Positions 24,744-32,487 of a stretch of DNA of 64,000 nt are shown here, piece by piece; the first letter of the stretch is position 1; each line of letters opens with the position of its first letter. The translations under genes were made by a program, and so were the position numbers. Under the pieces are notes generated by a model. It was not told the origin of the DNA and made no database searches. It saw nothing but the letters and a program-made list of their open reading frames with translations. The DNA comes from Burkholderiaceae bacterium (lineage in GTDB: Bacteria > Patescibacteriota > Saccharimonadia > Saccharimonadales > AQU-01): NCBI GenBank assembly GCA_043788365.1, contig JAYVTZ010000005.1:13249-77248 (forward strand). Reading direction: 5' to 3'.

Positions 24744-25123
24744 TATCCCTCCTTAAAGTAATTTTGCTCTGGATTTGTGAAATGCGTGAGCTTAAACATT
24801 TGTTTCATCTCTTCGGGTGTATTAAGCCTGACAATCTTGAATGTGCCTGACGTTACTTTCTTTATGTAGTCGTGTTCAATAGACTGTATAAAGCACAGTC
24901 CCCAGTAGACCCATTTTCCATCTACGTCTTCAACTAAGAAGTTTCTAACAGGAGGTACTTTATAAATGCGAATATCGGGCTTGGCCTGGAACTTAAATAC
25001 CTTACCACTCACTTCATCAATCGTGTAGGGTGTTTTAAGATGTGTCTCTAGGTCAAGTTCTGCTGGGAAGCCCTGTTCCTTAGTAATTCTCAAGGTATCG
25101 TTAATTTCAATAAAAGAACCCAT
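24743..25123 (-). CDS. Hypothetical protein
   Basis: 126-aa ORF, translationally coupled on both sides (1-nt overlaps). Confidence 0.6.
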   Translation of the reverse strand: MGSFIEINDTLRITKEQGFPAELDLETHLKTPYTIDEVSGKVFKFQAKPDIRIYKVPPVRNFLVEDVDGKWVYWGLCFIQSIEHDYIKKVTSGTFKIVRLNTPEEMKQMFKLTHFTNPEQNYFKEG

Positions 25124-26553
25124 TATTTAAACCAACCTTCCTTTCTAGCTTCCTCCAATGGCAGCATCTTTGTGCCAGCATAGGTTATGGTTTTTGCATT
25201 GCCGCTACTATCAAACTCGTAAAGTATCGTTTCGCCAGGCGAACTGTAGCCGCTTGCTTCGTCTATCTTTAAAGTCTTGCTATCAATAACCGACAACTTC
25301 TCGCATTGTTCAAAGTCGTCATTCCAGCCAGTTGGTTCTATTGCCATTAGTTTGTTGCCTACTGCAATTATGTCTGTTGCACCCCAGGTGCCATAGAATC
25401 TGCCCGTAAAGCTCTTGATGTCGCCCGTTTTATGCCTATCGGGTGTATCCTGCTGGAAGGTGTCAACAATGCTCAAAATGCCAGTAGTGGCCTTCTTAGC
25501 TAGACCTGCATTTGCGTTCGTGAGAGCAGTTATTACAAGCTGACGTTTAGCATCAAATTGAGTATTAGTTATAAAGCCAGGAAAGCCACCACTATGACCA
25601 TAGATAGCCCAGCCTTTCTTTTTGTAGTTAACCATGCCTAGCCCATACCGCTCCTTAGTAAACTTAGCTTTCCAGTAGCCATGCTGCATCTCACGCTTTG
25701 ATGTATCGCTTATTAACGCATCGTTGCCAAAGAAGTGGGCAGAAAAGTATTTACAAACATCTTCGGCCGTTGAATAAAAGCCAGTGGCTGACGACATTGC
25801 ATTGGTATCTATGTGGTCAAACACGCGACGATCTCTATTGAATAGTTCAATGCCATAACCAGTAGCTAGCGTTTTCCTGGATTTTGTGTCTAAGTCAGGT
25901 CCGGTAGACTTAAGCCCTAGTTTGTTAATTATGTTCTCGGTTACATACTGTCGGTAGCTTTTACCACTTACTGCTTCAATAAGTAGCCCAAGGTATGAAA
26001 AGCCAAAGTTGGAATACTTAAATTCTACGTTAGTATCGTAAATTAACTTTGCATTAGTAATGTACTGCTTAAGCTCGGCTTCATCAGGAAACTTCCGTAG
26101 CAGTTGCCAGTAGTTGGCATCCTCGCCATCTCGTATCACTCCAGCCGTGTGGTTTAGCAGTTGGCGAACAGTAACTTGGCTGATGCGTTTGTCTTTAGAT
26201 GACTTAAACCACTTTAGGTGCTGGCTAACGGTATCATCAAGCTGTAGCTTGCCAGCTTCTTTGAGTTGCATAATGGCAGTTGCTGTAAATGTTTTGGAAT
26301 GCGAAGCAATACGAAAGGTGTGACCAGCGGTCAACTTGTCTTTTTTGGCTACGTTGGCATAACCAAAAGCTTTGGAGTAGATGAGCTTATCGCCATGTTG
26401 GATAGCAACGCTCATAGCCGGAACACGGGAATTATCAAAGTTGAAAGTCAGCCAAGAATCTATATATTCAACAGCCACTTTGAGTTTTTGGGTATTTAAA
26501 CTTTCCATATATAGCATTATAAGGTGTTGCAGCCATTTTGAAAGCACGAGCAT
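25123..26553 (-). CDS. Serine hydrolase of the beta-lactamase / penicillin-binding fold
   Basis: SxxK motif in FRIASHSKTFTA, YSNFGF (YxN-like), and HSGG. The start is possibly the internal Met at 26508. Confidence 0.85.
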   Translation of the reverse strand: MLVLSKWLQHLIMLYMESLNTQKLKVAVEYIDSWLTFNFDNSRVPAMSVAIQHGDKLIYSKAFGYANVAKKDKLTAGHTFRIASHSKTFTATAIMQLKEAGKLQLDDTVSQHLKWFKSSKDKRISQVTVRQLLNHTAGVIRDGEDANYWQLLRKFPDEAELKQYITNAKLIYDTNVEFKYSNFGFSYLGLLIEAVSGKSYRQYVTENIINKLGLKSTGPDLDTKSRKTLATGYGIELFNRDRRVFDHIDTNAMSSATGFYSTAEDVCKYFSAHFFGNDALISDTSKREMQHGYWKAKFTKERYGLGMVNYKKKGWAIYGHSGGFPGFITNTQFDAKRQLVITALTNANAGLAKKATTGILSIVDTFQQDTPDRHKTGDIKSFTGRFYGTWGATDIIAVGNKLMAIEPTGWNDDFEQCEKLSVIDSKTLKIDEASGYSSPGETILYEFDSSGNAKTITYAGTKMLPLEEARKEGWFK

Positions 26554-26642
26554 AACACTGAATGTGGATATTGAACTTTCTTACCCATCATTGGTTATCT
26601 CTTTCTCTGTTATTATTAAAACAGCTAAGCGGGAGATGATTC

Positions 26643-27593
26643 ATGGGTTGGTTCAGCAAGAAAAAGACAGTGCCTAAAATAACTGTCGAGATAAATGGTA
26701 AACCAGTCCAACCTAAACGTCCGCCACTGCCAACTCCTAAAGGTATAAATATTGTCCCGGACTTCAATTTACTTAAGTCCGTCTACCAAAATAACCAGAA
26801 CTTCGGCGAAATGGACACGGTTGCAATGGTCAAAGAAGTTAACCCTCACGCTGACACGTCAACTTGCCCATACTGTGGGGTGAAGCACGACTTTGTAGCT
26901 AAACGGGCGCGTAAGTGTCCAGACTGTGGCAAAAACATGGTTGTTAGAAGTGGGTTCTTTTTAACAGACGATCAAGTTGAAAAGTTTCAATCTAAAATGC
27001 AGGGCTTCTATGACAAGCAGAACGCCGAAACCAGACTGGCAACTGAGTTAAAGACCATTCAAGACGCTCAACTTAGCAAAGACCTTACCCGTCTCTACCT
27101 TGGCTTTGCCGAGGGCTTTCGTAGAGCTGCAAAGCTAGATAACCAAAAAGATATTGAAGGCTTCGACTATTGGGATAGGTCATGGCGATATTACAACCAA
27201 GCTCGTGTAGAAGATGTTAACTCAAATCAGTATTTCAATCAGCAATCTAGTATTTCATCTGCTATGTGCGAAGCGTTAATAGATAGAGCCTTAACCAAGC
27301 AATCAGGCGATAGTCGCAACAAGACACTAAAAACTGCTCTGCAATTGCTACTAACATCAATTGCCGAAAGCCAAAAGTACAATGACGGAATGTCTACCGG
27401 AACGTGGGTTTACGAGAGGTCTAAGTTGTTAATGCGAGAATCAGGTGCTGACAATAATGACCTCCTGCAAGCTGGTGAAAGAGTCGCTAAGTCTTTACGG
27501 CTTAGTGGTTCGCTACTAAATAGGTTCAACGCATCTCTGAAAGCCATTCAAGACTACGAGTTGTTTGGCGATGTCCAGTTATTTAGTTATTAA
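26643..27593 (+). CDS. Hypothetical protein with zinc-ribbon
   Basis: CPYCGVKHDFVAKRARKCPDCGKNM followed by a helical domain. SD-like GGGAGA upstream. Confidence 0.6.
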   Translation: MGWFSKKKTVPKITVEINGKPVQPKRPPLPTPKGINIVPDFNLLKSVYQNNQNFGEMDTVAMVKEVNPHADTSTCPYCGVKHDFVAKRARKCPDCGKNMVVRSGFFLTDDQVEKFQSKMQGFYDKQNAETRLATELKTIQDAQLSKDLTRLYLGFAEGFRRAAKLDNQKDIEGFDYWDRSWRYYNQARVEDVNSNQYFNQQSSISSAMCEALIDRALTKQSGDSRNKTLKTALQLLLTSIAESQKYNDGMSTGTWVYERSKLLMRESGADNNDLLQAGERVAKSLRLSGSLLNRFNASLKAIQDYELFGDVQLFSY

Positions 27594-27680
27594 GTCCAAC
27601 TCAACTGAGCTACTAGGTTGGCACGTCAGCCCCACAGAGGCGGTGTGTGCGGTTTTAAGGGGCCGAGGGGCATCATTCTA

Positions 27681-27770
27681 GGTCTGATGGCTCATCTGGC
27701 GCTAAAAGCCACACTATTGGGCAAATGTTGTAATTCTCTAATGTTTTCGGTATTGCGCCAATGATTTACT
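27681..27770 (+). repeat. tRNA-Val 5'-like segment homologous to the region upstream of tRNA-Val
   Basis: GGTCTGATGGCTCATCTGGC (14 of 20 identical to tRNA-Val nt 1-20). Shared blocks AGCCACA, AAATGT, and CCAA(A)TGATTTA appear in the same order as 14665-14741. Confidence 0.55.
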
Positions 27771-28339
27771 ATAGAGGTATGGGACGAGGCTATCGGATAA
27801 GTAAGAACGTGGCAGAAGACTGCTTTAAGTTGTCCATTTTTGAGATGCGCCAGAATGGTTTCTTCACAAAATTCTTTAGTGGTGATATAGCGTGGCTAGC
27901 AGATGGTAAAAGAAGCTCAGTAGTTGCTCGTTTAGAGCCAGTAGGAGATGCCTTGCAATTGCGTTTGTTATATACACAAACTGACCATAAGACAGGTCAG
28001 AAGCAGGAATTTAACTACATCATTAACCTCACAACTACACCCTGTAACTTCGGCGATCTACGTTATTGGTTTGTATGCCCAATATCTAAGAATGGTATCA
28101 AGTGTAACAGGCGGGTTGGTGTGCTGTATAAAGGCGGGGACTACTTTGGTTGTCGCCACTGCTACAACCTTAGCTATAGGTCGTGTAACAAGAACCCCCG
28201 CTTTAGGGGCTTACCTTGGCGAGACTACTCTAGGGAAGACAAGGTAGAAGAACTATATAAGCGTATGAAGACTAAATACTATGCTGGTAAACCGACTAAA
28301 ACTTATAGGCGGATACTCCAGCTCCAACATATGATGTGA
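27761..28339 (+). CDS. Hypothetical Cys-rich protein (CxxC...CxxC zinc-finger-like, family common on mobile elements)
   Basis: TPCNFGDLRYWFVCP...CNRRVGVLYKGGDYFGCRHCYNLSYRS pattern. Confidence 0.6.
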   Translation: MIYYRGMGRGYRISKNVAEDCFKLSIFEMRQNGFFTKFFSGDIAWLADGKRSSVVARLEPVGDALQLRLLYTQTDHKTGQKQEFNYIINLTTTPCNFGDLRYWFVCPISKNGIKCNRRVGVLYKGGDYFGCRHCYNLSYRSCNKNPRFRGLPWRDYSREDKVEELYKRMKTKYYAGKPTKTYRRILQLQHMM

Positions 28340-28369
28340 TACCGTTAACCTTAATTTTGGCTATCTGGT

Positions 28370-29575
28370 TCAAGGAGTGTTTTTTAAGTCAGTAATATCA
28401 CCCAAAGCGTTGGCCAAGCCCTTTTGTACGCGTTGAGTAAAAACATCAAGCTGGGCTGAATTTATCTCTTGTATTTGCCAAGAGCTAGCTTCTGTACCCC
28501 ATTGTCGCAAGTCTTGGTCTGCTTGGCTCATGTCTCCCTTCCAGGCAACTAAGGCATCAGGTGTTGAGCCATGATAGTACAGCTTATTAGCAGCGTCTAA
28601 AGCCTTTGAATAGCTGGCATAGGAATTGTTTGTAAACTGACTGTTGAAGTTACTAAGTCTGGAAGCGGGTGAAGTAGAGTCGTTATTCAAGGCATAAAGA
28701 GCAGCAGTGGAATCAGGGTATTGTTGAGTCCCAATTGATTCTTGGCCTTGTTGAAGGAGGCTCAAGTAGAAATTTGTACTAGTTGCCAGTAAGTCAATCG
28801 CTCCAGACCTTGCATCAGCCTTTGCCTTAGCTTGGGCATCAGCTTGGGCCTTTTGGTCTGCGGCATCCTTTTGCTGTTGAGCAAGTTCATCTGCTTTTTG
28901 CTGAGCAGCATCAGCTTCTTGTTGTTTTTTCTTGTCGGCTGAGTCCTGTGCTTGCTTGGCTAATTCGGCTGTCGTATAGCGATGTACTGTTATGGTTTGC
29001 TGGGTAACCCTGTTGTTAGTGCCACGAGCAACTATAGTTATTTGGTTATCGCCTTGAGCTAGGGTTAGCTGCGTATTCAGATGACCATTATTACCTACGT
29101 TTACTGGCTTGCCGTTTATAGTTACGGCGGCGTTATCAGGCGTTATATCAGCCACCAGAGCGTACTGGCTACCACTAATGGCTGCTGTTGAACTCTTTAT
29201 GTTAATTGTTGGTGGAGCAAATACTACTGCTAGGATAAATACTCCTACTATTCCAACTGTACCTAGCCCTGATATAACAAACTTTGGAGTTTTACCCCAG
29301 TCCATATAGCGCCACATGAGATAGAGGCCAACGGGAAAGAACAGAATTAGTAGTGCGATAGTGGCTGGTTTGGTGTGCAGAAGCCTTCTGATCTTATCTC
29401 TTATATGTTCAACCCGATCGCCAACTATTCGTTTTGGCAGGAAGTAAGTGATAACCAAGCCCAAAATAGCTAAGTACCATAAGTTAATAATTACTATAAG
29501 TGCTGCTATGGCGAGAATGCCCGTAAGAATCTTGTGTCTTTTAAACCATTTGCCGTCCTTTTTCTCCTTGGACAT
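28370..29575 (-). CDS. Hypothetical membrane protein with Ig-like segment and Q/A/K/D coiled-coil
   Basis: N-terminal transmembrane helices and the KKKQQEADAAQQKADELAQQQKDAADQKAQADAQAKAKADA repeat-like region. Confidence 0.6.
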   Translation of the reverse strand: MSKEKKDGKWFKRHKILTGILAIAALIVIINLWYLAILGLVITYFLPKRIVGDRVEHIRDKIRRLLHTKPATIALLILFFPVGLYLMWRYMDWGKTPKFVISGLGTVGIVGVFILAVVFAPPTINIKSSTAAISGSQYALVADITPDNAAVTINGKPVNVGNNGHLNTQLTLAQGDNQITIVARGTNNRVTQQTITVHRYTTAELAKQAQDSADKKKQQEADAAQQKADELAQQQKDAADQKAQADAQAKAKADARSGAIDLLATSTNFYLSLLQQGQESIGTQQYPDSTAALYALNNDSTSPASRLSNFNSQFTNNSYASYSKALDAANKLYYHGSTPDALVAWKGDMSQADQDLRQWGTEASSWQIQEINSAQLDVFTQRVQKGLANALGDITDLKNTP

Positions 29576-29678
29576 AGTCGTCTCTCCTTGTATATGGATT
29601 TAGTTGGTATTTCACGGCAACCAAAAAGCCTGCCGCTAAGCGATGACTTGCGCCACCCATACCAGTTTCCCGATATGA

Positions 29679-29724
29679 CCATATACAACAGTGAACCTAA
29701 CGACAGGCTGTTTGTTGTATATGG
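29679..29724. promoter_or_regulatory. 12-bp perfect inverted repeat in a divergent promoter region (candidate operator)
   Basis: CCATATACAACA (29679-29690) pairs with TGTTGTATATGG (29713-29724), with additional inner complementarity. Confidence 0.45.
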
Positions 29725-29852
29725 GTTTATGGCCATGCCCACTAAGTAGGTTTAGGTCATACTAACTTTTAACACTTTGTGTGTTACCCAGAGTATAAAC
29801 CACAAACGTACTCCTTAGCTATATCTGTAGTGTAGAATTTAGGTACACGACC

Positions 29853-30788
29853 ATGATAAATATTAGCGACAACCAGCCAGATGATTCAGCAATTGATGAG
29901 GAATTTGAGATTTTAAGTTCTGCGCTTTTAGCTCAAGAGATAAAAGATAAAGAGACGACCGGTAAAGTAATACGCCTAGAACGAGAGGAACCTAGCCATC
30001 ACCCTAAAAACGACCTAGCTAACGCTCTCAGGCATCATCTCAAAGAAGATCAAGAAGCTATCCTTGAACATGATGATATAGATTCAGACTACGAACACGC
30101 AGGAGCTAGAGACTTTAGCCCATTTGGCCTAGACCCACACAGAGATAAATTACTTCATTATCTAGATGATAAGCATATTATTAGCCTTACACCCCATATT
30201 GAACAAGAAGAGGTTCCTTGGGGTGGTACTCACTATGACGTGGTTCAGTTTTACGAAGTTAGCGTTAATGCAAAGAAATTTGCCAGCTATTATTTAGAGA
30301 CTATCAAGAAAGCAGAGACGTATATTGATGCGTACATAAAACAAAGGGTTAGCAACGATAAAATTTCCGCAAAGTCTACGGATAAAGTGCAGTCCCAAAA
30401 AGAGCAAGAACGTTACGTCAGTGACACTACTTATACTATTTCGTTAAGGTTAATTCAAAGAACATTAATTCTATACATACATGACAATAAAACCAACATT
30501 AGAGTGAAGTACTTTAAGACTAAGAGCGGCAACAACTTAAATGCTTGCCAGGTGCTGTGTGGACGTAAAAAGCGCCACCTAACAAAAGAGGAATTGGGCA
30601 TTAAAGAAGCTAAATCCACAGTCAAAGACCTTGGGAATACCTTGGGTCTTAAAGGTCCCTTGAGGGAACTATTCTATGTGTTTGACACCAAAGCACAAAC
30701 AGCGCTTCTAAATGATACAGTCAAGATAAATGGTGTCGAATTAGAGAATCTCGTAAAATACTGCAACACGCATTTTCGCCCTCGCTAG
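29853..30788 (+). CDS. Hypothetical protein (acidic N-terminus)
   Basis: 311-aa ORF, no recognisable motif. Confidence 0.55.
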   Translation: MINISDNQPDDSAIDEEFEILSSALLAQEIKDKETTGKVIRLEREEPSHHPKNDLANALRHHLKEDQEAILEHDDIDSDYEHAGARDFSPFGLDPHRDKLLHYLDDKHIISLTPHIEQEEVPWGGTHYDVVQFYEVSVNAKKFASYYLETIKKAETYIDAYIKQRVSNDKISAKSTDKVQSQKEQERYVSDTTYTISLRLIQRTLILYIHDNKTNIRVKYFKTKSGNNLNACQVLCGRKKRHLTKEELGIKEAKSTVKDLGNTLGLKGPLRELFYVFDTKAQTALLNDTVKINGVELENLVKYCNTHFRPR

Positions 30789-30886
30789 AGAGTTTGAGAG
30801 ATTTATAACAGGTTAGAGAATAGCCTGTTTTTTATTTGTGGAGCTATTGAGAGTATTTGAAAAAACAGTACCGCGTAATGTAGCTC

Positions 30887-31399
30887 ATGAGCATACATGA
30901 CCAACAAGCAATAGCTAAATACTTTACCCACCCGCCAGTCCTATATATAGGTGGGCTTGGACAAGTATTTTCACTTCAAGCTGGAATACTGCTAAGCCAA
31001 TTACTTTTTTGGCATGGGTTAGGGGTACGCAAGGACGGCTATATTTATAAGACTGCTGACGAGCTTCGTTCTGAACTTGGTATGAGTCGCAGCAATCAGG
31101 AAACCGCTATAAAACAATTAGTCGAGTGTGGGGTTCTTGAATATAAACTAGCGCAAGTACCAGCTCGAAAACACTTCAAGTTAAACATAGCAAGGCTACA
31201 TGAGTTGCTTCCAAGTTTGAAGAGAACCAGCAAACTGAATTATCCAAATCCCCCACGCTACTATGTTGGAAACGTGCAAACTATTACAGAGAATACACAG
31301 GAGACTACTACAAAGAATACTTTACCGAAAATTGATAAAAATAATTTCTTAAAAGAGCGCAGCAAACTCATAAACAGTAAATCAGCCAAACCTCCTTAG
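30887..31399 (+). CDS. Hypothetical protein with winged-helix-like segment (replication/organiser-like, speculative)
   Basis: YKTADELRSELGMSRSNQETAIKQLVECGVLEYK resembles an HTH/wHTH. Confidence 0.5.
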   Translation: MSIHDQQAIAKYFTHPPVLYIGGLGQVFSLQAGILLSQLLFWHGLGVRKDGYIYKTADELRSELGMSRSNQETAIKQLVECGVLEYKLAQVPARKHFKLNIARLHELLPSLKRTSKLNYPNPPRYYVGNVQTITENTQETTTKNTLPKIDKNNFLKERSKLINSKSAKPP

Positions 31400-31453
31400 A
31401 CGACTAATGGACTAACTACTTATTTGATAACTAATTGAAAAGGACTTACTAAG

Positions 31454-32251
31454 ATGAAAGAACTCACAAAGGCTATCGCATTTTGCCGAGTAGCAACAAA
31501 AGAACACAAAGACGAATTACTAAATTACCAAAAACAGCAAATAGAAAAATACGCCAAACAGCACAATATCGAGATTGTGAAATATTGGGAAGCAGTCGGT
31601 TCGGGCCAGTGCGCCTTAGCAGAAATGCATAGGTTCTGCGAAACCTTTGAGGATATTGTGTACCTTTGCGTTACTAGACCCGACCGCATCTCGCGGTCGC
31701 ACGAAGAGTATCTTTACTGGATAACCAATTTTTGGAATTTGGGCATACAACTTACATTCGCGAAAAGCCAACGAACAGTAGATACTGACGATTTCTTGTT
31801 AGAGGAGATGTGGCGAATGCAGGGTGTTTACAACGCACGCATGATGTCTGCGTCCGTAAAACGCGGGATGCATCAAAAAGTCGCACAAGGCTTAACTCTG
31901 TGCAAACCACCTCTGGGATACCAGACCACAACTGTAAGCGGTCTGTTTACGCAAGACAAACTTGGTAAGCAAATGAAAACCGTCTTGCACGATATCGCTA
32001 TCGAATCTGTGTCTTTCAAAAAGGGCTACGAGCAATTAAGCAAAGCCATTAAGCAGCGCACCGGTAAACCATTAAGTAGAGGTCAGTTCAGTCGACTACT
32101 ACGCAACGTGTACTACACGGGTCGAGTGCAGTACGGTGGCCAGCAGCATCCTGGCAAACACTTACCGCTACTTAGCGAAGAGCAGCGAAACAAGGTTGAA
32201 CAGCTCTTTGAAGCAAGTGAGCTAGGACATAAACAGGTAATGAACCAGTAA
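31454..32251 (+). CDS. Serine-recombinase-like protein lacking the nucleophile serine (truncated large-recombinase architecture)
   Basis: AFCRVATKEH in place of the YxRVS(T/S)xxQ motif (Ser to Ala). PDRISRS matches the DRLxR motif. A recombinase-domain-like region (PPLGY...YYTGRV) is present but no zinc-ribbon/coiled-coil tail. Confidence 0.7.
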   Translation: MKELTKAIAFCRVATKEHKDELLNYQKQQIEKYAKQHNIEIVKYWEAVGSGQCALAEMHRFCETFEDIVYLCVTRPDRISRSHEEYLYWITNFWNLGIQLTFAKSQRTVDTDDFLLEEMWRMQGVYNARMMSASVKRGMHQKVAQGLTLCKPPLGYQTTTVSGLFTQDKLGKQMKTVLHDIAIESVSFKKGYEQLSKAIKQRTGKPLSRGQFSRLLRNVYYTGRVQYGGQQHPGKHLPLLSEEQRNKVEQLFEASELGHKQVMNQ

Positions 32252-32265
32252 TTCTCTTGTAGATA

Positions 32266-32487
32266 TTGCTGTTACCTACGGAAGTTGCCATGAAAGCTAG
32301 TGCCGAACCTAATTACGAAAAGCTACGCCTCATACTTGAGCGTCAGCTTGGTAAAACGGTGTCGTTAGAATATGCAATCGGCACTGGCAATTTCCTGGTA
32401 AACGTGTACGAAATACTGCTATACGATGATGAGGTAACAGATGAGATTGATGGTAACATCACAGACGGTAAATACAATGAACCCTGA
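32266..32487 (+). CDS. Hypothetical small protein
   Basis: 73-aa ORF between the two recombinase genes. Overlaps the likely start of the next gene by 11 nt. Confidence 0.4.
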   Translation: MLLPTEVAMKASAEPNYEKLRLILERQLGKTVSLEYAIGTGNFLVNVYEILLYDDEVTDEIDGNITDGKYNEP

